From an uncultured Clostridia bacterium (GTDB taxonomy: Bacteria > Bacillota > Clostridia > TANB77 > CAG-508), in the NCBI GenBank assembly GCA_947628925.1, contig CANRBU010000001.1, positions 1 to 42,146 on the forward strand: a stretch of 42,146 nt of DNA, read 5' to 3'. The position numbers and the translations under genes were made by a program. Below the pieces are notes generated by a model. The model saw only the letters and a program-made list of their open reading frames with translations. It had not been told where the DNA came from and made no database searches. This document shows positions 27,023 through 38,559 of the stretch, piece by piece; within the stretch, counting starts at the first letter, position 1; each line of letters opens with the position of its first letter.

Positions 27023-27793
27023 TTATTTCTTTATTCTTCGAATTTCTTTGACTTTATTTGTGCTATCATCTACATCAAATATCACACCATTAAATATACA
27101 TTCTCCTCCAGCAATATGATATCTTTCTGGTAAAGTAGTTTCAAATCTTTTTAATGATATTCCTATATCCATTCCAATAACAGAATTTTTTGGTCCAGTC
27201 ATTCCAATATCTGTAATATATGCTGTTCCATTAGGAAGGATTTGCTCATCTGCTGTTTGTACATGTGTATGTGTTCCAAAAAGAGCAGTTATTTTTCCAT
27301 CTAAATAATATCCCATTGCTATTTTTTCAGCTGTTGCTTCTGCATGAAAATCAATTATTATTATATCAGCTTTATCATGCAATTTTTCTACTATTTCTTT
27401 TGCTTTCAAAAATGGATTTTCAGATAATACATTCATATCTACTCTTCCAATTAAATTTATTATAGCAATTTTTTTATTGTTTTTTTCAATTATTTGATAA
27501 CCTTTACCAACAATACCTTCTGCATAGTTTGCTGGTCTAATTATTTTAGGATGTTCAATAAATTTGAAAATATCTTTTTTCGCCCAAGTATGATTTCCCA
27601 TTGTAACTATGTCTACACCTGAATTTAAAATATCTTGAAAGTTATTCTGAGTGATTCCCATACCTTCTGCTGAATTTTCACCATTTACAATAACGAAATC
27701 TATATTATTCTGTTCTTTTATAGATGGTAGTAGTTTTTGCAACTCCTTAACTCCACTGTTTCCTATAATATCTCCAACTGCTAAAAATTTCAT
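27023..27793 (-). CDS. ymdB: YmdB-family metallophosphoesterase (2',3'-cyclic-nucleotide 2'-phosphodiesterase)
   Basis: MKFLAVGDIIGNSG, VIVNGENSAEGMGIT, DFHAEATAEK, GTHTHVQTAD motifs. Confidence 0.9.
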   Translation of the reverse strand: MKFLAVGDIIGNSGVKELQKLLPSIKEQNNIDFVIVNGENSAEGMGITQNNFQDILNSGVDIVTMGNHTWAKKDIFKFIEHPKIIRPANYAEGIVGKGYQIIEKNNKKIAIINLIGRVDMNVLSENPFLKAKEIVEKLHDKADIIIIDFHAEATAEKIAMGYYLDGKITALFGTHTHVQTADEQILPNGTAYITDIGMTGPKNSVIGMDIGISLKRFETTLPERYHIAGGECIFNGVIFDVDDSTNKVKEIRRIKK

Positions 27794-27827
27794 ATTATTT
27801 CTTCACCCCTCCCATTACTTTTTGTAC

Positions 27828-27894
27828 ATTGTAATTATTTTCCAACCATTTTCATTTCTACTACTTATCAGGTTGGAAAAGAATTAAATTTTGG
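27828..27894. repeat. REP-like hairpin overlapping the carB stop codon (second copy of the 24-nt repeat)
   Basis: attgtaattattttccaacc (27828-27847) pairs with ggttggaaaagaattaaatt (27871-27890), about 16 bp with mismatches, 23-nt loop. 27871-27894 is identical to 25374-25397. There is no U-run after the stem on the transcribed strand. Confidence 0.65.
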
Positions 27895-30800
27895 TTATAT
27901 CTATAGGAACTAATTCCTCCTCTTTAATATTATTCTTAATAGCATCATACAATGCCTTAACTGTATCTAAAGAAGTAAAACATGGTACCTTACATTCAAC
28001 TGCTAATCTTCTTATTTTAAATCCATCTCTATTAGATTGTTTACCTTTTGTTGGTGTATTAATAATAAAACTTAATTTTCCTGATTGAATTAAATTTATA
28101 ATGCTATCTGTTCCTTCCCAAATTTTTGGAACTGCTTTAACTTCTACTCCATTTTCTTTTAAATAATTTGCTGTTCCTGATGTTGCGTAAATTTCATATC
28201 CTATATCTTTTAACTCTTTTGCTATTGGTAAAGTCTCTGCTTTATCTTTATCACGAACTGTTATTAATATTTTTCCCTTTTGTGATAAAGTTACTCCACT
28301 TCCTAAGAAAGCTTTATATACTGCTTCTGAAAACACTTTTGATATTCCCAAAACTTCACCTGTTGACTTCATTTCAGGTCCTAAACTTGTATCTGCATTT
28401 TTAATTTTTTCAAAAGAGAAAATTGGCATTTTAACTGCAACATATTCACTTTGTTTGTATACACCAACTCCATATGGTAGTTCTTTCAATTTTTTACCTA
28501 AAATAACTTGTGTTGCTATATCAATTACTGGCAAACCTGTTACTTTACTAATATATGGAACTGTTCTACTTGATCTTGGGTTTACTTCTATAATATATAT
28601 TTCATCATGGCAAAGAATAAATTGAATATTCAATACACCTATAATTTGCAATTCTTTAGCTATTTTTTCTGTATATTGAATGATTTTTTGTCTATGTCTT
28701 TCTTCAATTGTTTGTGTAGGATATACTGAAATACTGTCTCCTGAGTGTATTCCTGCTCTCTCCAAATGTTCCATAATTCCTGGTATTAATACATCTTCAC
28801 CATCACAAATTGCATCAACTTCTAATTCTTTTCCCATCATATATTTATCAACTAAAATAGGATGTTCTTGTGCTATTTTATTTATTTCTTGAATAAATTC
28901 TTCTATTTCTGCATCATCATAAGCAATTGCCATTCCTTGTCCGCCTAGTACATATGATGGTCTAACAAGTACAGGATATCCTAATTTATTTGCTACTTGT
29001 TTTGCTTCATCAACTGTGAAAACTGTATCTCCTTTTGGTCTTAAGATTCCACATTTTTCTAGAGCTTCATCAAATTTTTCTCTATCTTCTGCTCTATCCA
29101 TATTTTCTTCTGAAGTTCCTAAAATTCTTACTCCCATTTCTTTTAAAGCTTTTGTTAATTTAATAGCTGTTTGTCCACCAAATTGAACTATTGCTCCATA
29201 TGGTTGTTCAACATCAATTATATTTTCAACATCTTCTCTTGTTAAAGGTTCAAAATATAGTTTATCTGCTATATCAAAATCTGTACTAACTGTCTCTGGA
29301 TTATTATTTATTATTATAGTTTCATATCCTAATTGTTTTAAGCTTATAACACTATGCACACTACAGTAGTCAAATTCAATTCCTTGTCCTATACGAATTG
29401 GTCCTGAACCTAAAACAACGATTTTTTTGTTATTATCTGATTTTATACTTTCGTTTTCATCATCATAGCTTGAATAATAATATGGTGTCTGTGCTTCAAA
29501 TTCTGCTGCACAAGTATCTACTAATTTAAAATTAGCGATAATTCCATTTTCTTTCCTAATATTTTTTATTTCTTGTTCTGGCTTTTTACTTAGTCTACTA
29601 ATAACATTATCTGTAAAGCCCATCATCTTAGCTTTTTTAATGATTTCTGGTGTAATTTTTTCTGTTTTTAAAATCTCTTCCATTCTAACAATTCTATCAA
29701 ATTTATTTATAAAGAATTTATCTATTTTTGTAATGTTGTATATTTCATTTATCGTTATTCCTCTTCTTAGAGCTTCTGCAATTACCCAGATTCTTTCATT
29801 ATCTATATGGTGTAAACTCTCCATAATTTTTTCTGTTGAATATTGCCTTATTTTTGGCATTTCCAAAGAATCTAAGTTTTCCTCTAATGAACGAATTGCC
29901 TTTAATAAAGCTGCTTCTATGTTTGGAGCTATTGCCATTACTTCTCCTGTTGCTTTCATCTGTGTGCCTAACTCTCTACTAGCTGTTAAAAATTTGTTAA
30001 ATGGCCATTTTGGTATTTTAACTATTACATAATCTAAAACCGGTTCAAAACAAGCATAAGTTTTTTTAGTAACTTCATTTTTTATTTCATCTAGAGCATA
30101 ACCAATTGCTATTTTAGTTGAAACTTTTGCAATTGGATATCCTGTTGCTTTAGATGCTAATGCTGATGATCTACTAACTCTTGGGTTAACTTCTATTACT
30201 GCATATTCAAAACTATTTGGATTTAATGCAAATTGTACATTACATCCTCCTTCAATTTTTAATGCTGATATAATCTTAATTGCTGAAGTTCTTAGCATTT
30301 GGTATTCTTTATCTGCTAATGTTTGTGATGGAGCTACTACTATACTATCACCTGTATGTACACCAACTGGGTCAACATTTTCCATGTTACAGATTGTGAT
30401 ACAATTTCCTTTTCTATCTCTCATTACTTCATATTCGATTTCTTTCCATCCTGAAATACATTTTTCAATTAAGACTTGGTGTACTCTTGAAAGGCGTAAA
30501 CCACTTTCTGAAATTTCTCGTAATTCTTCAACTGTGTTAGCAATTCCTCCACCTGTTCCTCCTAAAGTATATGCTGGTCTAACTATTACTGGTAAACCAA
30601 TTTGTTTTGCAAATTCAACCGCATCATCTTCATTTTCAACTACTTTACTTGCAATACATGGTTCATTTATACTTTCCATCATATCTTTAAAAGCTTGTCT
30701 GTCTTCTGCATTTTTTATTCCTTCAGGTGAAGTTCCTAATAAACGTACATGTGCTTTTTCTAAAAAGCCTGATTCAAATAATTCCATTGCAATATTCAAG

Positions 30801-31084
30801 CCTGTTTGTCCACCTAAGTTTGGTAAAATACTATCTGGTTTTTCAATTTCAATTATTTTTTGTACAGTCTTGACTGTGATTGGTTCTATATATATTTTAT
30901 CTGCCATATGTTTATCAGTCATAATTGTAGCTGGGTTTGAATTTACTAAAACAACTTCTATTCCTTCTTTTTTTAATTCTTCACATGCTTGTGTTCCTGC
31001 ATAGTCAAATTCTGCTGCTTGTCCTATAATAATTGGTCCTGAACCTATAACTAATACTTTTTTTATTTCTTTATTTCTAGGCAT
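27884..31084 (-). CDS. carB: carbamoyl-phosphate synthase large subunit
   Basis: 1066 aa, duplicated ATP-grasp halves, MGS-like C-terminus. Confidence 0.95.
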   Translation of the reverse strand: MPRNKEIKKVLVIGSGPIIIGQAAEFDYAGTQACEELKKEGIEVVLVNSNPATIMTDKHMADKIYIEPITVKTVQKIIEIEKPDSILPNLGGQTGLNIAMELFESGFLEKAHVRLLGTSPEGIKNAEDRQAFKDMMESINEPCIASKVVENEDDAVEFAKQIGLPVIVRPAYTLGGTGGGIANTVEELREISESGLRLSRVHQVLIEKCISGWKEIEYEVMRDRKGNCITICNMENVDPVGVHTGDSIVVAPSQTLADKEYQMLRTSAIKIISALKIEGGCNVQFALNPNSFEYAVIEVNPRVSRSSALASKATGYPIAKVSTKIAIGYALDEIKNEVTKKTYACFEPVLDYVIVKIPKWPFNKFLTASRELGTQMKATGEVMAIAPNIEAALLKAIRSLEENLDSLEMPKIRQYSTEKIMESLHHIDNERIWVIAEALRRGITINEIYNITKIDKFFINKFDRIVRMEEILKTEKITPEIIKKAKMMGFTDNVISRLSKKPEQEIKNIRKENGIIANFKLVDTCAAEFEAQTPYYYSSYDDENESIKSDNNKKIVVLGSGPIRIGQGIEFDYCSVHSVISLKQLGYETIIINNNPETVSTDFDIADKLYFEPLTREDVENIIDVEQPYGAIVQFGGQTAIKLTKALKEMGVRILGTSEENMDRAEDREKFDEALEKCGILRPKGDTVFTVDEAKQVANKLGYPVLVRPSYVLGGQGMAIAYDDAEIEEFIQEINKIAQEHPILVDKYMMGKELEVDAICDGEDVLIPGIMEHLERAGIHSGDSISVYPTQTIEERHRQKIIQYTEKIAKELQIIGVLNIQFILCHDEIYIIEVNPRSSRTVPYISKVTGLPVIDIATQVILGKKLKELPYGVGVYKQSEYVAVKMPIFSFEKIKNADTSLGPEMKSTGEVLGISKVFSEAVYKAFLGSGVTLSQKGKILITVRDKDKAETLPIAKELKDIGYEIYATSGTANYLKENGVEVKAVPKIWEGTDSIINLIQSGKLSFIINTPTKGKQSNRDGFKIRRLAVECKVPCFTSLDTVKALYDAIKNNIKEEELVPIDITKI

Positions 31085-31101
31085 TTTATTTTTTCCTTTC
31101 T

Positions 31102-32163
31102 TTATTTTAATTTTTCTAAAAATTCATCAAAAAGATACTCTGTATCCCTTGGTCCTGGGCATGCTTCTGGATGGAATTGTACTGTGTATATTTCCTTGTT
31201 TTTATATTTTAGGCCTTCTACTGTATTGTCATTTAGATTAATATGTGAAACTTCTGCAATTTTAGGGTCTATTGTTTTATCATCTATAGCATAGCCATGG
31301 TTTTGGGCTGTGATATAAACTCTATCTTTTTTTAAATCTTTTACTGGATGGTTTGGTCCACGATGACCATATCTTAGCTTATATGTTTTTGCACCTGTTG
31401 CTAGCCCCATTAACTGATGACCTAGACAGATACCAAAAATTGGAATATCAGTATTATATAATTTTCTAATATTTTCAATTGCTATTTTGCAATCTTCTGG
31501 ATTTCCGGGACCATTAGAAAGAACAATTCCTTGTAAATTATAAGATAAAATTGTTTCAGCTGGTGTGTCCTGTGGGAATATTGTTATTTTGCAATTTCTT
31601 TTTAATAAAGATGCAATAATGTTTTGTTTTGAACCAAAATCAAATAGTCCAATGGAAATATCTCCATCTCCTATTTGTGTAATTTCTGATGATGAAACTT
31701 GCTCAACTAAGTTGCTACTTTCAAATGATTTTATTTTTTCTAATATACTATCAATATCTGTAATATCGTCTGTCAACATACCTTTCATTGTACCATTTTT
31801 TCTTAATACTTTTGTTAATTTTCTTGTATTTACATTTTGCAATCCTGGTATTTGGTTGTATTTTAAGAATTTTTCTACATGTAATTTTGAACGAAAATTA
31901 CTTTCTATTTCTGCTAATTCATGTACAAACACTGCTTCTACCCATGGTTTTCTTGATTCCTTATCTTCTAGTGTTAGCCCATAATTTCCTATTAATGGAT
32001 ATGTCATTACTATTCCTTGCCCTGCATATGATGGATCTGTAAAAATTTCTAAATAGCCTGTCATTGAAGTATTGAATACTACTTCGCAGATTATATCTTT
32101 GTGATATCCTATGCGTTCTCCGTCAAATACTTGTCCATTTTCTAATACTAAATACCCCTTCAT
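31102..32163 (-). CDS. carA: carbamoyl-phosphate synthase small (glutaminase) subunit
   Basis: GICLGHQL catalytic Cys and [14 protein letters not shown] motifs. Confidence 0.95.
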   Translation of the reverse strand: MKGYLVLENGQVFDGERIGYHKDIICEVVFNTSMTGYLEIFTDPSYAGQGIVMTYPLIGNYGLTLEDKESRKPWVEAVFVHELAEIESNFRSKLHVEKFLKYNQIPGLQNVNTRKLTKVLRKNGTMKGMLTDDITDIDSILEKIKSFESSNLVEQVSSSEITQIGDGDISIGLFDFGSKQNIIASLLKRNCKITIFPQDTPAETILSYNLQGIVLSNGPGNPEDCKIAIENIRKLYNTDIPIFGICLGHQLMGLATGAKTYKLRYGHRGPNHPVKDLKKDRVYITAQNHGYAIDDKTIDPKIAEVSHINLNDNTVEGLKYKNKEIYTVQFHPEACPGPRDTEYLFDEFLEKLK

Positions 32164-32222
32164 TTATTTCATTCCTTTCTTCTATATTTTTTCCGTTTAA
32201 TAGTATAGCACATATTTTTAAA

Positions 32223-32253
32223 AAAGAGAATATTTTTTTAAAATATTCTCTTT
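32223..32253 (-). terminator. intrinsic terminator downstream of rny
   Basis: aaagagaatattt tttta aaatattctcttt. On the minus strand the stem is followed by a run of about 6 U. Confidence 0.65.
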
Positions 32254-32280
32254 AATTTTTATCACTTAGAGTATATGCTT

Positions 32281-33822
32281 TTATTTAGCATAATCAACTA
32301 CTCTTGTTTCTCTAATAACATTGACTTTGATTTGTCCTGGATAATCCATTTCACTTTCAATACGTTTTGCTACATCTTTAGATAGAATTGTCATTTGGTC
32401 GTCTGAAATTTTATCTGGTTTAACAATAATTCTTACTTCACGACCTGCTTGAATAGCAAATGATTTTTCAACACCTTCAAATGAATCAGCAATTTCTTCC
32501 AAGTTTTGCAATCTTTTAATATATGCTTCTAATGTTTCGCGTCTTGCTCCTGGTCTTGATGCTGAAATAGCATCTGCTGCTTGAATCAACACAGCCTCTA
32601 ATGTTTGTGGTTCTACATCTTCATGATGTGCTTCAACTGCATTTATAACTGCTGGATTTTCCTTGTACTTTTTCAAAATTTCAACACCGATTTCTACATG
32701 TGTTCCTTCCATATCATGGTCTAATGCTTTTCCTATATCATGTAGTAAACCTGCACGTCTTGCTAGTTTTGCATCTAAGCCAAGTTCTTCTGCCATAATT
32801 CTTGCTAAATTTGATACTTCAATTGAGTGGTTTAATACATTTTGGCCATAGCTTGTCCTGTATTTTAGTTTTCCAATCAATTTAACTATGTCTGGATGTA
32901 AACCTATTACACCTGTTTCTAAAACTGCTCTTTCTCCCTCTTCTTTAATTGTCTCTGCTAATTCTTGTTTAGCTTTTTCAACAGTTTCTTCAATCTTTGC
33001 TGGATGGATTCTACCATCTTCAATTAATTTTTCAAGTGTAATTTTTGCAACTTCTCTTCTTAGTGGGTCAAATCCTGATAATACGACTGCTTCAGGTGTA
33101 TCATCAATAATTAAGTCAACTCCTGTTAGTGTTTCTATTGTTTTGATATTTCTTCCTTCTCTACCAATAATTCTACCTTTCATATCATCACTTGGTAAAG
33201 CTACAATAGATACTGTTGTTTCTTGTGAATGGTCTGCTGCACATTTTTGCACAGCATATGTTAATACTTCTTTTGCATTTTTGATAGATTCTTCTTTAAC
33301 TTTTCTTGCTGATTCTCTAATTAATTCTGCTTTTTCAGCAGTAATATTTTTTTCAACTTCTTGTAAAAGAATAGTTTTTGCTTGTTCTTGTGTCAAAGAA
33401 GCAATCTCTTGTAATTTGTTAAGTTCTTCTGAATACATTTGTTCTACATCTTGCTTTTGTTTTTCTAATTCTTCAAATTGTTTGTCCAAATCACGTTCTT
33501 TTCTCTCAAAGTTTTCTGAACGTTTGTCAAGATTTTCTTCTTTTTGAATTAATCTTGTTTCTTGTCTTTGTATTTCGCCTCTTCTTTCTTTAATCTCTTG
33601 ATCTAATTCTTTTCTGCTTGCCATTATTTCTTCTTTTGCTTTGATAATTTCTTCTTTCTTTAAGTTTTCTGATTCTATTTTAGCCATATTCACAATTCTT
33701 TTTGCTTCTTCCTCAGCATTTCCAACTTTAGATTCTGCAATCTTTTTTCTGTATATAATACCTCCTACAGCTCCGATTGCAAGTGAGATTAAGACAGCGG
33801 CTACTATGACAATAATGTTCAT
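32281..33822 (-). CDS. rny: ribonuclease Y
   Basis: N-terminal TM helix, long coiled coil, KH ([13 protein letters not shown]) and HD (LLHDIGKA) domains. ATG 33822 is preferred over the tracked GTG 33831 because of RBS ggaagagg. Confidence 0.93.
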   Translation of the reverse strand: MNIIVIVAAVLISLAIGAVGGIIYRKKIAESKVGNAEEEAKRIVNMAKIESENLKKEEIIKAKEEIMASRKELDQEIKERRGEIQRQETRLIQKEENLDKRSENFERKERDLDKQFEELEKQKQDVEQMYSEELNKLQEIASLTQEQAKTILLQEVEKNITAEKAELIRESARKVKEESIKNAKEVLTYAVQKCAADHSQETTVSIVALPSDDMKGRIIGREGRNIKTIETLTGVDLIIDDTPEAVVLSGFDPLRREVAKITLEKLIEDGRIHPAKIEETVEKAKQELAETIKEEGERAVLETGVIGLHPDIVKLIGKLKYRTSYGQNVLNHSIEVSNLARIMAEELGLDAKLARRAGLLHDIGKALDHDMEGTHVEIGVEILKKYKENPAVINAVEAHHEDVEPQTLEAVLIQAADAISASRPGARRETLEAYIKRLQNLEEIADSFEGVEKSFAIQAGREVRIIVKPDKISDDQMTILSKDVAKRIESEMDYPGQIKVNVIRETRVVDYAK

Positions 33823-33957
33823 AATATACACCTCTTCCTTATTTAGTTTTCAATGTTCGAATAAAATATATAATAATTTCAAACAATATATTTTTTTCTT
33901 ACCTATTATATTTTACCTTATATTATTGTAAACTGTCAAGAGGTTTTGAGAAATACT

Positions 33958-36387
33958 TTATTTATTTTCATCTTTTTGTTCTAAATCTAATTCTATATTA
34001 TATACTTCATAATCTTTATCTATTAGGCTTGTTTCTAAATTTTCAATAAATAGAGTTGCTTTAAAATCTTTTATTGATTTATCAATTGCTTCTTTAAGTT
34101 CTTTGTTTACACCTATAGATAAATTTTTGATTGGTGTTTTTAATGATACATTGTTGTTGGTTTTTGCTCCTCTAGCTTGGCTTATTATTTCAATTATAGA
34201 ATTTCCTTGTTCTATTTCCTTATTGAAATTATAATTTAATGGTTCGATTTCTGTTATGTGTATAGATTTATTATTATGATATAGTTCTTGGAAAATTTCT
34301 TCTGTTATATATGGGAAAAATATGCTAAAATCTTGTAATAGTTTATATAATAAAATATATACTGTTTTTTGTCCACTATATCTTGGTATATCTCCAAATT
34401 CTTCTGGTCTATATAACCTGTGTTTTACTATTTCTATATAATTATCACAAAATTCCCAGAAGAATTTTTCTAAAATATTTAATGCTAAACCTACTTCATA
34501 TTCATCTAAGTAATCCAAGAATTGTTTTTCCATTTCTTGAAAACGTCCTAATATCCATTTATCAATATATTCAAAGTCTGTGAATTCTTTATCTTCATAA
34601 TCAGTTAAATGCATTTCTATAAATTTGGCAACATTCCATATTTTATTTATTAATTTTTTACCTCTAAGTAATGTTTCTTCACTAAATACTATATCTGTTC
34701 CTAATCTTCCTGTACCTGCCCAATATCTGATAACATCTGCTGAATATTGTTTTATCAAATCTAATGGTTCATGTTTGCTATTACCTTTACTTTTGCTGAT
34801 TTTTTCACCTTTTCCAGCCATAACAAAACCTGAAATCATTACATTGTTCCATGGTCTTTGTCCAAAATGATAAAAGCTTTTTACTATTGTATAGAAATCC
34901 CATGTTCTAATAATTTCACTCGCATTTGTTCTTAAACTCATTGGTTTTAATATATCTTCAAAATTTTCTTTTTCTCCATATCTCATATTAATAAGAGGTG
35001 TAACTGAAGAAGTAGCCCATGTATCCATAATATCTGTGTCTGGTACAAATTCTGTACATCCACATTTTGGGCATTTTTCTATTTTTGGTGAATCCACTAA
35101 TGGATTTACAGGTAAATCTTCTTTTTTTGCAAAAATAGTTTCACCACACTCTTTGCAATACCATGCAGGGAATGGAACTCCAAAATACCTTTGTCTTGAT
35201 ATGCACCAGTCCCATGCAATATTATTTACCCACTCATCATATCTAGCATGCATGTATGATGGATGCCAATTTATTTCATTTCCTATTTTGATAAAATCTT
35301 CTTTGTGGTTCATAATGTCAATAAACCATTGTTTCATAACAGCATATTCAACTTCTCTACCACATCTTTCATGTGTTTGTACTTCATGTTCTAGTTCTTC
35401 AATTTTTACTACATATCCACCTTCTTGCAAATCTTCTATGATTTTTTTTCTTGCTTCTTTTATTTTTAATCCACCATATTTTGGTACTGTTTGAACTATT
35501 TTTCCGTCTGTAGTAAATATGTATTTTAATGGTAATTTATATTTTTTCCACCATTCAATATCAGTTTGATCTCCAAAAGTACAGCACATAACTACACCTG
35601 TACCTTTATCCATTGCAACTTTTTCGTCTGCCATTATAGGTACATCTACATCTATAACAGGGATGTGTGCAGTTTTTCCTATTAAATGTTTTCTTTTTTC
35701 ATCTTCTGGGTTTACAAAAACACAAACAATAGCTGGTAATAATTCAGGTCTTGTTGTTGCAATAGTAAATTCTTCTCCATCTTCTACTGTTGTAAAGTTT
35801 ATAAAATTAAATGTTGTTTTAATTGTTTTTGTTTCTAATTCAGCTTGAGCAATAGAAGTTAAACATTCATTACACCATAAAGCTGGACTTTCTTTATGAT
35901 AACAATGACCTTTTTCTACTAAATCTAAAAATGATGCTTGACTAATTTTCATAGTTGAAGGTGCAACAGTTTTGTAGTGAATATTCCAATCTGTACTTAC
36001 TCCCATTTTGCTAAATAGTTCTTTAAAATCTGCTTCATATTTATTAGTTGTTTCATAGCATAACTCTGAAAATTTTTCTCTGCCTATTTCATGTGCTCTT
36101 TTACCTTGTTCTTTTTCTACTAGTCTTTCACTTGGCAAACCATTGTCATCAAAACCAAAAGGATAAAAAATATTATATCCTCTTAACCTTTTATATCTAG
36201 CTAACATTTCTGTTTGTGTATATGAAAAAATGTGACCTATATGAATTTTTCCATTTACAGTTGGTGGAGGTGTATCTATTGAATACACTTCTTTACCATT
36301 TCGTTTGAATTCGTAAATTTTATTTTCTTTCCAATAGTCAAGCCACTTTTTCTCTTTCTCTTCTGCATTATATTTTTTATCTAACAT
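33958..36387 (-). CDS. valS: valine--tRNA ligase (short, archaeal/actinobacterial-like type)
   Basis: Class I HIGH (GKIHIGH) and KMSKS (KISKSKG) motifs, TPPPTVNG...YPFGFDDNGLPSE N-terminus, TTRPE editing-domain motif. At 809 aa it lacks the long C-terminal coiled coil. Confidence 0.75.
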   Translation of the reverse strand: MLDKKYNAEEKEKKWLDYWKENKIYEFKRNGKEVYSIDTPPPTVNGKIHIGHIFSYTQTEMLARYKRLRGYNIFYPFGFDDNGLPSERLVEKEQGKRAHEIGREKFSELCYETTNKYEADFKELFSKMGVSTDWNIHYKTVAPSTMKISQASFLDLVEKGHCYHKESPALWCNECLTSIAQAELETKTIKTTFNFINFTTVEDGEEFTIATTRPELLPAIVCVFVNPEDEKRKHLIGKTAHIPVIDVDVPIMADEKVAMDKGTGVVMCCTFGDQTDIEWWKKYKLPLKYIFTTDGKIVQTVPKYGGLKIKEARKKIIEDLQEGGYVVKIEELEHEVQTHERCGREVEYAVMKQWFIDIMNHKEDFIKIGNEINWHPSYMHARYDEWVNNIAWDWCISRQRYFGVPFPAWYCKECGETIFAKKEDLPVNPLVDSPKIEKCPKCGCTEFVPDTDIMDTWATSSVTPLINMRYGEKENFEDILKPMSLRTNASEIIRTWDFYTIVKSFYHFGQRPWNNVMISGFVMAGKGEKISKSKGNSKHEPLDLIKQYSADVIRYWAGTGRLGTDIVFSEETLLRGKKLINKIWNVAKFIEMHLTDYEDKEFTDFEYIDKWILGRFQEMEKQFLDYLDEYEVGLALNILEKFFWEFCDNYIEIVKHRLYRPEEFGDIPRYSGQKTVYILLYKLLQDFSIFFPYITEEIFQELYHNNKSIHITEIEPLNYNFNKEIEQGNSIIEIISQARGAKTNNNVSLKTPIKNLSIGVNKELKEAIDKSIKDFKATLFIENLETSLIDKDYEVYNIELDLEQKDENK

Positions 36388-36405
36388 GTTTTGTTCCCTC
36401 CTATT

Positions 36406-37551
36406 TTAATCACCTAAATTAATTCCTACACTTCTTGCTGTTTTTACTAAGTCATTGTCCATTGTGACTTTTCTTATATTACTTTCTGTTGTATTTCCTG
36501 ATACTGCACCAATTTTTGTATTTTGTCCAACAACATCTTCTAAACTCACATCATCTAATTTTCCATTTTTTATAACAGTCAATCTTCCAAACTTACCTTC
36601 TAAAGCTAATTGCATTGCTTTTGTTCCATATTTTGTTGAAAGTACTCTATCATAAGCTGTTGGTGTTCCTCCTCTTTGCATATAACCTAGTGTTGTATTT
36701 CTTGCTTCTAAACCAGTTATATCTTCTAGTTGTTTTGCGACAATTTGTCCTATACCACCTAATTTAGTATTATCAACACCTTGTCCATTATTTCTTGTTC
36801 CTTGAATTACCATATCTCCACCTTTTGGTTTTGCTCCTTCTGATACAATAACTATACTAAAGTTTTTACCTCTTGATTGCCTGTTTCTTATTTTTGAAGC
36901 AACTTTTTCTATATCGTATGGTATCTCTGGAATTAATGCTACATCTCCTCCTCCTGCTATTGCTGATTCTAGTGCTATCCAACCAGCATATCTTCCCATA
37001 ACCTCTAATACCATTATACGGTGATGAGTTTCTCCTGTTGTATGCAATCTATCAATAGCTTCCATAGCGACTGAAACAGCTGTATTGTATCCAAAAGTTA
37101 TATCTGTACATGCAACATCATTATCAATTGTTTTTGGTACACCTATCACATTAACACCTTTTGTTGAAAAATCTCTTGCTGATTTTTGTGTTCCATCACC
37201 ACCTAATGTAAAAATACAATCAAAACCATCATCTTTAATATTTTTTATACAAATATCTGATAAATCTTTATATTCTACTTCTCCGTTCTCTTTTTCTATT
37301 TTATAATTAAATACATTTGCATTTGTTGATGAACCTATAATAGAGCCACCCTTTGGTAAAATTCCTTCTGCATTTCCATCTTCTGCTGTACTTAATTTTA
37401 CATATTCATTTTTTAATAATCCATTATATCCATCTATAAAGCCATATGCTTCTACTCCGCTATTTTCTGCTGTTTTTACAATTCCTCTAATAACTGCATT
37501 AAAACCTGCTACATCTCCACCATTTGCTAATATTGCTACTTTTTTTATCAT
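36406..37551 (-). CDS. pfkA: 6-phosphofructokinase (PfkA family, long form)
   Basis: ANGGDVAGFNA, GGDGT, PKTIDND, MGR motifs; 381 aa. Confidence 0.85.
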   Translation of the reverse strand: MIKKVAILANGGDVAGFNAVIRGIVKTAENSGVEAYGFIDGYNGLLKNEYVKLSTAEDGNAEGILPKGGSIIGSSTNANVFNYKIEKENGEVEYKDLSDICIKNIKDDGFDCIFTLGGDGTQKSARDFSTKGVNVIGVPKTIDNDVACTDITFGYNTAVSVAMEAIDRLHTTGETHHRIMVLEVMGRYAGWIALESAIAGGGDVALIPEIPYDIEKVASKIRNRQSRGKNFSIVIVSEGAKPKGGDMVIQGTRNNGQGVDNTKLGGIGQIVAKQLEDITGLEARNTTLGYMQRGGTPTAYDRVLSTKYGTKAMQLALEGKFGRLTVIKNGKLDDVSLEDVVGQNTKIGAVSGNTTESNIRKVTMDNDLVKTARSVGINLGD

Positions 37552-37692
37552 GATTATTCCCTCCTCTTCTCATACTATTATACCAATTTTTTTCAAAATT
37601 ACAACATTTTAGCAGATTTTTATTTGATTTTTTGCATAAATCATTGTACAATAAAAAGGCAATCACTCTTAATTGAAAGGAAAAAACTTAAT

Positions 37693-38553
37693 ATGAAACT
37701 TGAATATATTGTAGATAAATCTGCCTCTATACATGATTTATTACAACAAGAATTTAATATTTCACATAGATTATTTGCTTTTTTAATCAGGCAAAATTTA
37801 ATATTTTGTAATAGTTCTGTTTGTGATACTAGAAATTTTGCAAAACCTGGTGATGTCCTTTCTATATCTATGGATTATGTAGAAAATAATTCAAACATTT
37901 TTCCTACAAAAATGCCTTTAGATATTTTGTTTGAAGATGAGTGGTTATTAGTATTAAATAAACCTAGTGGCATTGCGACACATCCTTCAATATTACATTA
38001 TAGTGATTCCCTTTCAAATGGTGTTCGTTATTATTTTGATAAAATTGGTCTTAATAAAAAGATAAGACCTATTAATCGTTTGGATTTACACACTTCCGGA
38101 ATTATCGTTTTTGCCAAATGTGCTTATATACATGAGCAATTATCTATGCAAATGGAAAATGGTAACTTTTTAAAAGAATATCTTGCTCTTGTGCATGGTG
38201 CTTTAGAAAAGCCAAGTGGTACAATTGATTTGCCAATCTCTAGAAAACCTAATAGTATTATTGAAAGATGTGTTGATTTTTCAAATGGTCAAAATGCTAT
38301 TACAAAATATCAGGTTTTAAAGTATTTTGAAAATAAAAATATAAGTTTAGTAAAATGTCATTTGCTTACTGGAAGAACTCATCAAATTAGACTCCACTTT
38401 TCTTATATAGGTCATCCTTTAGTTGGTGATAGTTTATATGGAAATGATGCATCTAAATATGGTCAAGCTTTACATTGTTCACATATAAGTTTTATTCATC
38501 CTGTTACTAAACAAAAATTAGATTTTGAAAATGATAATTTTAAAAAGAATTAG
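37693..38553 (+). CDS. RluA-family 23S rRNA/tRNA pseudouridine synthase
   Basis: INRLDLHTSGIIVFAK catalytic Asp motif and GRTHQIRLH motif. Start placed at MKLEYIV (ATG 37693). Confidence 0.85.
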   Translation: MKLEYIVDKSASIHDLLQQEFNISHRLFAFLIRQNLIFCNSSVCDTRNFAKPGDVLSISMDYVENNSNIFPTKMPLDILFEDEWLLVLNKPSGIATHPSILHYSDSLSNGVRYYFDKIGLNKKIRPINRLDLHTSGIIVFAKCAYIHEQLSMQMENGNFLKEYLALVHGALEKPSGTIDLPISRKPNSIIERCVDFSNGQNAITKYQVLKYFENKNISLVKCHLLTGRTHQIRLHFSYIGHPLVGDSLYGNDASKYGQALHCSHISFIHPVTKQKLDFENDNFKKN

Positions 38554-38559
38554 CAAAAT

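Noticed and set aside
30384-31004. 206-aa plus-strand ORF antisense to carB (similar cases: 32888..33547 in rny, 35036..35494 in valS, 29640..30032, 31565..31984, 16902..17324, 24878..25237)
   Set aside because: All lie fully inside strongly conserved minus-strand genes and have S/F/I/L-rich junk composition typical of the antisense frame of purine-rich coding DNA. None has an RBS.
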